Shown here piece after piece: positions 38,292 to 50,689 of a stretch of 64,000 nt of DNA (the first letter of the stretch is position 1; each line of letters starts with the position of its first letter). Where the stretch lies: positions 52,640,001 to 52,704,000 of the forward strand of contig NC_045697.1 in the NCBI RefSeq assembly GCF_009834535.1. Reading direction: 5' to 3'. The notes under the pieces are model-generated. The model did no database searches. It was not told the DNA's origin and saw nothing but the letters and a program-made list of their open reading frames with translations. A program made the translations under genes and the position numbers. This DNA comes from Camelus ferus. Lineage: Eukaryota.

Positions 38292-40023
38292 GGGAGAACG
38301 GATCCTAGGAAGATGGTGGAACACAAAGTACCAGGAATCTCTCTCCTCACCCAGACAACAATTACACTGGCAGAATCTGTCTGATGTAACTATTTTGGAA
38401 CTGTGTAGTCTATCGAAGGCTTGCGACTTTCAGGGGAAAGCTTGGACAGTAAATTGTACTTAGTTTCAGTCAATTTAGCTCTTACCATAGGAAATGAAAG
38501 ACAAAAAATAATAATAATAAGGCATTTAACAGCAAAGGAAACCATAAACAAAAGTAAAAGACAACCTACAGACTGGGAGAAAAATGTTTGCAAACAATGT
38601 GACTCATGAGGGATCAATTTCAAAAATTCACAAACAGCTCATATAGCTCAATATCAAAAAAACAAACAACCCAATCAAAAAACGAGCAGAAGACCTAAAT
38701 AGACATTTCTCCAAAGAAGTCATACAGATGGCCAACAGACACATGAAAAGATGCTCAACATCACTAATTATCAGAGAAATGCAAACCAAAACTACAACGA
38801 GGTATCACCTCACACTGGTCAGAATTGCAATCATCCAAAAGGTTAGAAATAATAAATGCTGGAGAGGGTGAGAAGAAAAGGGAACCCCCCTACACTGTTG
38901 GCAGGAATGTAAATTCGTGCAGCCACTGTGGAGAACAGTATGGAGGTTCCCTAAAAAACTAAAAATAGAACTACCATATGACCTAGTAATTCTACTCCTG
39001 GGCATATATTCAGAGAAAATTCTAATTCAAAAAGATACATGTACCTCAATATTCATAGCCACACTGTTTACAATAGCCAAGACATTGAAGCAGCCTAAAT
39101 ATCCATCAACAGATGAATGAATAAAGAAAATATGGTGTATATATATACAATGGAATATTACTGAGTCATAAAAGAATGAAATAATACCATTTGCAGCAAC
39201 ATGGATAGACCTCGAGATTATTATCCTAGGTGAAGTAAGTCAGACAGAGAAAGAAAAATATCATATGATATCACTTACATATGGAATCTAAAAACAGAAA
39301 GAGACTCACAGACATAGAAAACAAACTTATAGTTACCAAAGGGGAAAGGAGGGGAGGGATAAATTAGGAGTTTCGGATATACACTACTATATACAAAGTA
39401 GATAAACAACAAGAACCTACTGAATAGCACAGGGAACTATATTCAGTATCTTGTAATAACCTGAATGGAAAAGAATCTAAAAAAGAATATATATATATAT
39501 CACTTTGCTGTACACATGAAATAAATGTAACATTGTAAATCAACTATACTTCAATTAACAAAACTGTAAGGCATATAGAAAACAAACAGCAAAATTATAG
39601 AAGTCCTTCCTTATCAGTAATTACTTTAAATATAAATGGATTAAATTCTCCTATCAAAGGAGATTGGCAGAATGGGAAGAAATACCGTGATCCCACTATA
39701 TGCTGTCTAGAAGAGACTCATTTTAGATTCTAAGTCACTAATGTGAAAGGATGGAAAAAGATAATACATGCAAGTAGTAACCTAAAAAGAGCACGATATT
39801 GCTGTACTAACATCAGGCAAAATAGACTTTAAATCAAAAAAAGTTTTTAACAGGTATAGAGTTTAAGTTTTACAAGATGAAGAGAGTTCTGGAGATGGAT
39901 GGTGGTGATGGCTGCACAACAATGTGAAGGTACTTAATATCACTGAACTGTACATTTAAAAATGGTTAAAATGGTAAATTTTATACTATGAGTAGTTTAT
40001 CAGAATTTGCTTAAGTTTTAGAA
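38292..40023 (+). mobile_element. Internally deleted old L1 (L1M4/L1MB-like): 5' end, ORF2 start and 3' end
   Basis: 5' aagatggtgg...; EN start tcagtaattactttaaatataaatggattaaa (ITLNINGLN), tatatgctgtctagaagagactca; L1MB-like tail agttctggagatggatggtggtgatgg; TSD-like flanks. Confidence 0.8.
38529..39563 (+). mobile_element. Younger artiodactyl L1 3' part nested in the old L1
   Basis: ORF2 end ([27 protein letters not shown]) plus 3' UTR; TSD core taaggcat at 38518-38525 and 39567-39574. Confidence 0.92.
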
Positions 40024-40199
40024 AAAAATGAATGTCTGTGTTTATACAATCTCCTAATTCAGAAAAGGACTCAGCTTTTTAGGAGGTGATGATCATGTTT
40101 GCAGAGACAATAAGATAACTTCCATTATGATTTATTAAAACAAGGTAGAGAAATGATACAGTAATAAAACTTGTCCTAAATCCAGTGGGCTCATTTCAA

Positions 40200-41398
40200 A
40201 CCATTTCTTGAATGAATTCTCAGCCACATTTAACACAGTTTATCACTCCTTCTTTCTATATGAACAAAATATCAAACTCTAAATATAAAAGATTTCTAAA
40301 TCTAATTGTATAAAGTGTCCTGAGGAGCCTTATTGGAGCCTGAGACAAAAGGAAAATTCATTCATTCTGATCTTGTCTTTAAGTTTGATGTTTTACTCAT
40401 CATGGACTTTCTGCATTAACTTAGTTTCTTTAAACACTCCATTATCTTAATTACTGGGTTTTTTGGTACCCCCTTAAATTTTGTTTCCTGAGGTGACTCT
40501 TGGCCCCAGGATTCCCTTCCTGTCCCTTCTGTGATACCAGTTTGCTAGTTTTTCTCCTCTCTTTATGGTTCCTCCTTGTTAATCTTCTTTACAGTTCTTC
40601 CTCTGTCAACTTAATGTCAATGTTCAGAATTCTTTTTAAGTCTTCTCTTCTCTCTCTATACATACCATCTGGGTTATCTCAGTTACTTGTATAGTCTACT
40701 GATTCTCAAGCTGTTTCCTCTTCACTTTAACCTCCAGGTAAACTAGCAACCACACTATATGAATAATTTAACCCTAATCTAACCCAAATCCTCTGATTTT
40801 GTGACTCAGTCAATTTCTGTTCCCTTGATGCATTTCTGGAGACATTCTTCCCACTTCTAATAAATTACCTGCTCCTGCCGAAATTTAAATCTCTGTGCCC
40901 ACCAAAAGTCTCTCCCCACTCCCCTCATGCCTTCCTTATACCCTAGGGTATAGGAAGGGAGAGGGACAAAAACAGGAAACCCCACACACACAAGCTCCTC
41001 CATGTCACCCTCCAATTGCTCAACTATGCAAAATGTCTCTCAGTTTCACAACTTCATACACACTGTCCTCTCTATCTGGAATATTTCCTCACTTACTAGC
41101 AAACTCCTACTTATCCTTCAGGTCTCAGCCCACGTATTCCTTCCAGAGAGACCTTGTCTGACCCCTAGATTACGTTAGGTTCCCTGTTATGTGCGTGTAT
41201 AGGGCTCTGTACCTTCTCTTTCGTATTCCTCATAATGCATTATTGTAACTACTTGTCCCTTTTCCTGTCTTCCCCACTAGACCATAAACTCCATGAGGGC
41301 AGAAGCCATGTCCATCTTGTTCATTATTATATATCTAGCTCTAATATACTGCTTAGGATTTATCAGCCACTCAGTAAGTGATTATGTAAGGGAAGGAG
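40200..41398 (+). mobile_element. L2 LINE, fragmented
   Basis: cagccacatttaacacagtttatcactcc (RT region); 3' end ctagaccataaactccatgagggcag. Confidence 0.75.
40320..40510 (+). mobile_element. MER96B-like hAT-Tip100 fragment
   Basis: tgagacaaaaggaaaa...catcatggac...ggtacccccttaaattttg. Confidence 0.7.
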
Positions 41399-44300
41399 GG
41401 TAGTCAGAGAAAATCAAACATCATCTGAGCAGAACCTATACAATCAATGAGCAATAGAGCAAATGAGCAAAAGGCAGTAGATGCAAAGATCACAAAGCCC
41501 AGCCACTATTAGGAGGAGCTAAGTAGAAACTCCCAGTTTTTTCTAATCCTGTACACAACTTTTCTGTTAAATATCCAGGACTCCGTGCCCTAGGGCTATC
41601 TGTATAATAGGCAGAGCACAATCCATTCGTTGGCTTGGCTGTCCTGGGGCCTCTGAAATCTTGGCAGTCCTCTGCAGGCCATCTGGCCTTTAGCATTCCT
41701 CCTGAAACTCATTTCTGCTCTTCTGTGATCAAATGCTCTGCCCATTGGTCTTTTCCAGGGCCTAGGGTTTTATTTGCTGTTTGCTGACTATTGCATCTCA
41801 CTTAAGAATAGTACAGAATGGCTTCACACAGTAGTGAGGAAGAGATTCAAACTGGCCAGGTTGCAAGAGCTCACTGTGAAGTTTGGAATCTCTTCTTAAC
41901 ATAGTTAGGCTTATAACATTCTTTTGAGGATTGTGCTGATCAAACAGGAAGCTCATATTATACACTGTATGAAACTAACCCGTATGGTTTTACTGGCCAA
42001 CGATTTGAAACAAGTTGAATTCCACAGGTTAAAGAAAAACCTCAATTGCCTAACTTTTAGCCTGTCCATTGAAAGTTGATGAGGTACATATAAAACAAAA
42101 GTCAACAGAGTCAAGCTAAAGAATGTAGAACTTGGCTCTAGGGGACTTCATTGAAGACTACAGGAGAAGAAAGAGCCCTTTCTCATCCTGGGTGAATGAA
42201 GACTGTCACATGAGCTGGACATGAACACAAAACATCCAGTTTCTTGTAATCTCAAAAAAGTGCAAAAACAAAACAAAACCCAAAAACAAAAACAAAAACA
42301 AACAAATAGAGAACTTCGCTAATCTCAATGTATGTGGTCAAATGGGGGAGGGGGGGATCTGTCAGGAGACACTCAAAACTTCTCCTGACCACTATCCTTA
42401 CATGTACTAAGGGCTGAGGGCTCAGACTTACCTAGCTAATAAACCTCACTAACAAATTAGCCTCATCTGTGACAATACTGCAGCCTTAAATATTATAAAA
42501 CAGAGCTGAATGTGAATCTCCTTGAAAGCATTTTTTTCTGTATCACAATAGGCACGAACCCTATTTATAATGTGATGCCAAAAATAGACACACGCTGCTT
42601 AATGTTTGCAGAAAGATCTTGCACATCCCACTCCACACTGCAGCCGCCCTTTACAATAAATAAGAGTACTTTTCCAATCCATTTTTCCTGGGATCTTTCT
42701 CTCTGAACATCAATACGGGAGCCACGGGTGCTTCAACGCAGGCAGGAGGAGACACCCTGATAATACAAGACTTGACACCCTGACTGCTCCCCAACTGCAA
42801 AGGATAAAGCTCCTTGCTACACGGCTGCTACATTTATTACTGAGTGCCCCACTCCTGGTTTTTCTTGTAATGCCTTATCTTCGTATTTTCCTTCCAATTA
42901 GAAATTCATAAGGGAAATCTGTGTACCAAAAGGTATAATGAGGGACACATTTTAGATCTTTTCCCCACAGAGGACAGTTACCAGCCCCTGAGATTTTTTT
43001 TTCCCCTAACAGTCTAGCTGACGTTTTGGTGCCAACAACTGCTGGTTAAATCATCTAATCAGCCAGGATGAGGTCTTTTGTTCTCCTGCTTTTGTGATTT
43101 CAGTTTTTTGAACATTTAAAGTTGCCAACGATTCCAAATGGTGTCTCATTATTCCTTTCCAATTTGTTTCCATGGGAAGATAAAAACTCTTGTATCTAGA
43201 CCAAATTATCATAGGATGCATAAACAATCCACCGTTGTAAATCCTACAAATGGATACCTTCCCACAACGGTTTGAAAAGGAATTTTTTTTATATCAAGTC
43301 ACAAAAGGGAAAAATGCATCTCCACACTCCTTTGTTACCTAGATTCATCACCACCAACAGGAGCAATGATGTACTGAGTACCCCCCGGATCACAAGAGCG
43401 ACTCTGGGAGTCTAAATGAGTAAAGCCATACCTACGCAGTGTATCAGTTCATAACAAGGTCAGACATTTGCTTACAGGAACAAAAAGGTTTTTCTCCTCC
43501 TAACCATTTTGATTTAAATCTTTTTTTTTTCTTTTAAGTAATGACAGGAAAGAGGCTAAAATGCAAAGCTGTATTTTTCCATACATGATTTTCTGACTTA
43601 CAATAGGTCAAGCATCGGGGCTCAGGTTTACAGCCGGGAGAGATTATGAAACAGGTATGCGTATCTGTAAAAAGAAAAATAACAATTACTTGATAAATCT
43701 CAAACAATCTAAATTTTTCACTGAGAGCCTGATACCTCATGAGACCTAAATCCATTTAAGAATCTCTTCTTCATTTCTTCCCTTCTTGCCCCACCCCACC
43801 TTTCAGGTTCTGTTCTCAGCATTCTATTTTTAGATTTCTGCACTCTTATTGCTGAGGTAATCTGATGTGCAAATTTCCATTAACTGGCAAAATACTGAAA
43901 AATCAAAGATTTCTTCCTAGGAAATATATATGGGATTTGTCTCAGTAAATCTCTGCAAGAACTTCTATAGGGCTATCTACTCCTAATCTCTTACTGAGAT
44001 TTGAAATGCATAAATATAAATACTCACTTGTAAATGTTTGTCAAAATGAAAAAGTTCCTATAACAAAATATAGGAAAACAGAATCCTACTGAAATATAGA
44101 AAAACAGAAATCTATTGGAATCCATCAACCATAAGAATTTGAATTCTCTAAAAAAAAACAAAAAAATCTCATACTTAAAATGAGTTTTAGTATAGAATTT
44201 GTGGCCAGATTTTCCTTACTTAGTAGACTGCTGGCTCCTGTTCACATGTTTACATGATCTTGTATCTTGTCCCTTAATGAAAATCATCTTTATATCACCT

Positions 44301-45544
44301 TACTGAGTAGTCCTACATACAGTCCTCAAAGATTTAATAGTCATTGTATGAAGGCAGTAAAAATTATTTTTAATGTTATTTCAGTTGTTATTACAGAAGT
44401 TATGGTATTTGGAGGAGGAAAGTCTTTGCATAATTCATGCAGTTTTGGGAAATGAGTGCAGGACTAGGAGCCAGGTCCTGACAGAGACATTCAGTATTTC
44501 CCAAAGCCCTTAACTCTTTATTTTCTGTCCCTGTGAAAGAAATGAAATTGACAGGGTGCCCATAGAATAAAGAGAATAAGAACTCAGACTGACTGTGAAA
44601 GAACCATGACCCACTGCTGATTACTTGAGAGCCTGGGACTTAACCAACACACTTCCCTCACTTAGTGCATCACTGTTTAAAATTATTTCCACAATGACCA
44701 AGCTTCTGTGTGAATTTTCCTTGTGTTCAAGTGTTCAGCATTACTTCCTCCTGTGTCTCTGGCTGTAATCATCACAGTCACTGTTTCGTCTTAGTAGAGC
44801 CATTTGAGACGACCAGTCTCTGAATAACCCTTACTTATTATTTGAGACTTGGAAGAAAGAGCTGTTCTGAAGAGGTTCCCATTCTACCTTTAGCTTTAGT
44901 GTTTTTCCCAGTAAAGAACAAATCTTGTCTCTTTCAGTGGCATCTCTGTGTGTTTGGCTGAATAATGCCTCAAGGAGCAGTAATACTACAAATGTGTTCT
45001 GAGAAAGAAGACAAGAGTCACTGAAATCCCTAAAACCACAAAGTTTTTGCCCTGAACTTGATGGCCCATCACTATCTTTATCTGCATAGACACATGTTTA
45101 TGTTCCAGGACCAATTTTCTTTTAGAGGTAGGTTTAAATCAGAAATTGACTAGGTTCATGGGGGCCTCAGATAGGTTAAAGCACACATATAAAAAGACCA
45201 TTTTAAATTATATTTAATGTAGTGGAAAATTATATAGAATATATTTCAACACAATCTTTCTATATCATTATTGACAATGCTCCTAAAAGATGTTAAGATA
45301 TTGAACCATCCCCTTGAATTAATATAGAATTCTCAACACATCAAAAAGTCCTTCTTGTCTTTGAAGCTGAGTTAGGGTATCTTTCATATAAGCCTAAGGT
45401 TATAAGAGCTTCATACTAACTCCCTTTCCGACCTCCTTGAACAAACACACACACACAGCTTCAGCGAAGAGGCAGAGTTAGATCCTCATGTAGGCCCCAC
45501 AACCAGAATACAGGTATCTGCATTCAAGTAAGCTAGTAACCATT

Positions 45545-45770
45545 ACCCATAACAAGATGAACAGAAAACCTACCCTGTGTCAGGTGCTGCACTATAGCCT
45601 TATATGAACCCTTTCATTTAATGCTCAAAACAACTCTATAAGTTATCCATGATTTGAGGTTTAGAGAGTTGTGTAGATTTAGAGGGAATTGCCAAGGTCA
45701 CATGGCTAAGAAAGAGTGGAGCTAGAATTCAAGCTCAGGCTGTCTCATCCCAGAGCCCCATGCCTTTGCT
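45545..45770 (-). mobile_element. MIR
   Basis: tcatttaatgctcaaaacaactct...gccaaggtcacatggcta...gaattcaagctcagg. Confidence 0.8.
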
Positions 45771-46044
45771 GTCCCAGTCAGAGCATCTTTACCAACCTCA
45801 GATGAACCCACAGAGCATCTTCAAGTCATCATTTCAGAGCTTAAAACTTTGTACTCCTTTCTCCTTAAGGTGCCATTTTTTTTTAGTTCAAGTATTAATT
45901 TACTTCCTTCAACATGGGAGCCAAGTAAGTTAAGAAGGCTTCTAGAATAGAGCCAATAATTGGAATCAGGAAGGAATAATGAAGGTACTGAGGCAGAAGT
46001 TGGAAGAGAGGGAAAGAAAGGAGCTGCTTCTTCAAAGTAGCTAT

Positions 46045-46590
46045 TTGGTCCATCAGTGGGGAAATGGATATACCCAGTTGTGGCTTCTTCTCAAATGTAA
46101 TCTCTATAGTAGTTAAAACGAATTACATCTAACATAGCAATCTGGGGTGGGGGGGGAGAAATCTGAAAAACTTGAGCTTGAATGAAGAAGTCAAGTTGGA
46201 ATATGCAACTTGAGCCAAATAATATTATACATTTAATTTTTAAACCCACAAAATAATATTATGTATTGATATGGACACACACATAAACAAACTGCATGAA
46301 ACATTGATGGAAAGGAAAAACCCTACCTCAGGAATGGTTACTTCTGGAGAACTTACATAGTTACGGGCTAGGGAGAGGTACTCAGGGGACTTTATATCTG
46401 CAATGTTGTATTTATTTCAAAATATCTGAAACAAAGAAGTCAAAATGTGTGTATTTGTTCAGTGTAATGTGACTGCATGGTCACCTCTTATATTTGCTAT
46501 ATCTGAATATCTGTTATATTCATTTCTATAAATTCCTGAATATTTGAAAAAAATATGCTTTCTCAACAATTTTTTGTATGTTTAAAATAG
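46045..46590 (+). mobile_element. Old L1ME 3' region
   Basis: gtccatcagtggggaaatggata...ttgaatgaagaagtcaagttg...tggttacttctgg. Confidence 0.6.
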
Positions 46591-49500
46591 TTTATCTTTT
46601 CAACTGCACAACTGAGGTGGGAAAAGTTGTGAGAAATAGACAGTTATACGCTCTGATGTGGGGAATGTATTTATATATAATTTACATTGTCTTCTGAGGA
46701 AAAGAGAAAGAAGGCCATGGGAAAGAGACTGACCAGCCACTCACAAATGCAAGGAATCTGGAGCCGTTTGGTGGCTGTTCTGAGCAGGCAATATGGGGAG
46801 GGAGAACGTGTCCAAGTAATGGTTAGATAAAGCACGGGAGGGGAAAGGCGGATGAGAGGATACAGTGTCCTGTGGGTGGGGGAGCCACCTGTAAATGAAA
46901 TGTTTAAAACCTGAACTACAACTTGCTGCAAATGCACAGACTGTCTGGGCTGGAGCCAAGACTCAGGCACATGCAGGTTAGGGAGAATAAGAGGATACCC
47001 ACCACCCTTCCTCCTTCCTACAGACACAGGGTTTATTCAAATAAACTGGATTACTCGAGACTGTGGGTCCTCCTGGGAAAATAATTAAATCCTGACCCCA
47101 GTTAGGTTTCACACATATACAACTGTCTGTTTAGTTGAGGGCACCTCAAATAAAATAAGACATAACGAAAGACAACAGAAAATTTACCAAAAGGAGTAAG
47201 GTGTCTGGTGCAGTAAATTCAGCAAGAGGATCTAAGAAGTGGAGGGCAGAGAACTGAACAGCTAACAGCAGGGCCCAAGAAGAATCAGGCATTACAGCTG
47301 CATGTTTGGGCCCTGGTACATATGAATTAACAGTTGTCTCACAGCTTAGCAATTTTGGGGCACATGATTCCCAAAACTGGAGAAAGAAGCACTCTATTTT
47401 TCGTTCTCAAAAGTGAAACTGGCCAAGCGATTAGCAAGGATCTCAAATGAGAAGCTGTTGGTGGCAGCCAAGTCCCAGCTCACTGGGCTCAAAGGCAGCT
47501 GCATCACCAGAGTTCCAACTAGATTAGTTCCAGGTGGAAGTTCTGGATGCAGCAGGAGCAACTCGGAAGACAGCACTGCACGTCTAACTCATCGTGCTCC
47601 AGGGCCAACCAAGCCTGTTCCGGGACCCTTCATCTTCGCTGTAACATAGAGAGAGGAAGCATTCTTTCTCTCACTTTGCCAAAGTGCCATTGGCTGCAGT
47701 GCCTGAGACGAGAGCCACACCGAGGCAGGACGGCAGCGTTGCGGCAGCTGGCCACCAACGAGGCAGCAGCACCAAGCCTTTCACTCAGATCTGCAGCTAG
47801 AATGCAGTAGCAACAGCAGAATTCCAGTTTGGGCAGCTGTGGCAACCCAGTGTAGGAAGCCCCAGCAGTGAGCTCTAGCCTGGACTCAGCATGGATAAGT
47901 GAAAAGCACCCTGTAGGGGAGTTTCCACAAATACATGGAAGAAGGGAACTCCAAAGGAACCACAGTGGGTAGGTGGGGTGCAGAGCAATTGAGATGTGAA
48001 CGCTTTTGTGTTCCCAGGGTGGGCAGAGCTGAGATGTTCAAGTTACCGTAACTTGCTGCTGTGAAAGACGGCACATTTATGAAAGACCTTGTGCTTTGGA
48101 GGAAAAAAACATAAGAATGTAAATCACAAATTTGAATTAGATCATTCTTCTCAATATTTTTGTATCCCTCTAAGATATGGAATCTTCTAGAAGGATTTTT
48201 GGTTAAGAAAATAAAGAACATGAAGGGTGGAGGAAAAGGAGGAAGACACGGCAAATGATCAAATATATCCAAATTATGTCAAATTATGTCATGATGACAA
48301 TCTCTTCGATTGTAAACAGTGAGAAACATGTAATAGTTGAGACTGTTTTAAATGGAACTTGGTGTAGGAGCTAAAATTTTAACCTGAAGCCTGATGGTAT
48401 AAGGGGAGAGGTGACAGCACCCCTGCAGCAGGGACAATTGAGGATCTCAATCCAGGTGAAATAAGGAGGGCTGAGCAATAACTGTGACCACAGAGTTGAC
48501 CTCAAATCAAAAAGCCCCCCAATGAACATTAAAAGCCCTGAACATTTAAAAGCCAAGAAATCTTCAATTTACAAAGCATCTGAATACACAAAGAAAGAAA
48601 AATAATGAAAGTGAGAAAGGCAGGGGTAGCCGAAACACCTGAGATAATTCTGATGCAATATTTAGCATTGTCCGGCAACATGGATAGAAAGGGAAGCTAG
48701 TCACCCTCTTACATGTGCCATACGTGGAGACGCATTTTAGCCAATTTGTTTGTTTCAAGTGCAGGTAACCTTACTTACCCAGCACTTTGCCCATATCAGG
48801 AATCATGCTGTCTTCCCTGAGAGATCCCTCTCTGGCTTAAGTGGTCCCATCAGCTGCTGTCTGAGAGGGTGGCAAAGGGAGAGTGCACACTGACCCCAGA
48901 GAACCTGGTCCAGCCTCCTGAAGAGGGCAGATGGGACACATGCGGGCTGTCTCTTCCTTCCTGAGTCTTGCACAAGTATAAACACATGAGCATCACAGCA
49001 AAGGATCACATGGGGACCAGGAAAGACGCATGCATGCTGCACTCCTGCTGTCAAGGTAACAAATGCCTTCGAGTCCTGGCAACAAGAAACCCTTCTGGAG
49101 CTGCTGTCAGAGAAACTAAGGGATTAGCCAAACTTCTCCCACTGGGGAGGTCACCACCCTCCAGAAGGCAGAGAAGGCTGTGGCTGGTAGAACACTCACC
49201 AGCATTGCTCAGTTGTGGGGGATGCATCCCACAGTCCTTACACTTCACACCTTCTTATAGCTCCCAGTCAAGACTTAGTACCCACAGAGGAGTCTACCTC
49301 CAGAGTGACATATGATGACTTGTTGGCAGCCTGGCCTCTATGGAAAATGATTCATCAGCAATCACAGCACTTTCTTCTCGTGAAATTCAAATCCTGTCAT
49401 CAGAGGACTTGAGGGTTTGATGATACCTGGAGATCATTCTGACTGCAGAATTTTTAATGGAATAGCATGCCTGAAATTCACAGCACAAAAGGACAAGTCT

Positions 49501-50496
49501 CTTCTACAGCCAGAGGTGTCCTAACACATCGCATGTGTGCCCATATTTCCCCTGCCTCAACCAAATCATATAAGTTTGCAATAGGAATGCCTAGCAATTG
49601 TGAGACCTCCAGAGCCCTGGCCCCTCTCCAGTAAGGGTCTCATAAGCAATGATGATCACAGCTCTCGCAGCAACGAACAGCTGACGCCACTTTCCTGTCC
49701 TCCTGGCTCCCTGAGATGACCGCCAAGGCCTCTGAGACTTTCATCTTTGCCACAAAAGCACCCTAAACTGACAAAGAATAAACATTACCTTACAATTCCA
49801 CCAGAGCCGGGAACAGCTCTTCATGACTTAGTGCCTAAATTATTATATGGATCCCCAAACAGCAATGTTTTGTTTTTCCAATGTTCCCAAGATTTTCATG
49901 ACAATGTCTCTTTGACATTTTACTCACAGGCCCTCCTTAGTATTCAGACAGGGCTCCATGGGAATCAGACAGAGTATGAGCTGCATGAAGACTCTTCACT
50001 GTGCCCCCAAATCACCCTCCCCACCCCCACCAATCCTTTAGAATGAGCCATTGCTGAGCAGGCTTCTCAGGCTGCTCCTAGACACCTTGCACTTTTAAGG
50101 GAGCCTGAGACACAGGCCTCCCAGAATGACCAAACCTGGGATCAACACAGTAAGGTACCAGTTGAGGTCCCCCTACTATATTTACAACCATGGATATCAC
50201 TCTTTCAAGGAAAATTACTCTTCCCCACAATAGAAGACAAAGCTATCTTTAAACAAAGGAGAAGAGCTTCAGCTAAGCAAGAGCAAAGATTCTGTACATG
50301 TCCACACGCCCAAGAGAGAGGACTAGAGCGTGCTGAGGAAAACCAGAGTCAGAAAGCTCACGACTTGAAAAATTCTCCCTTTGGGTGACCTTTTCTACCA
50401 AGAATCAAGGCTTTTCTATTGTTAGAAACATAAAATCTCAAGGAGATGCCGGACTTCCATCTCTCTTAACCCTCATATCCTCAACCATGGAAATCA

Positions 50497-50643
50497 AAGG
50501 ATGTTAACTTTTGGGACTCTCATAAGAGCTATAGATCTTCTCCTCAGGAAAACCAACACAGACACCCCCGTACAAAATTGTGCCTATAATTTTGGTAGAA
50601 GACGACTCACAAACCTCTTTAAAATTCAGGTTAAGGATCCCTG
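50497..50643 (+). mobile_element. MER103-like hAT element
   Basis: agctatagatcttctcctcaggaaaa...caaaattgtgcctataattt...caggttaaggatccctg. Confidence 0.65.
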
Positions 50644-50689
50644 AACTAGATGATTACTGAGATCTCTTCCAAATTTAAAGTGAGTTAAT

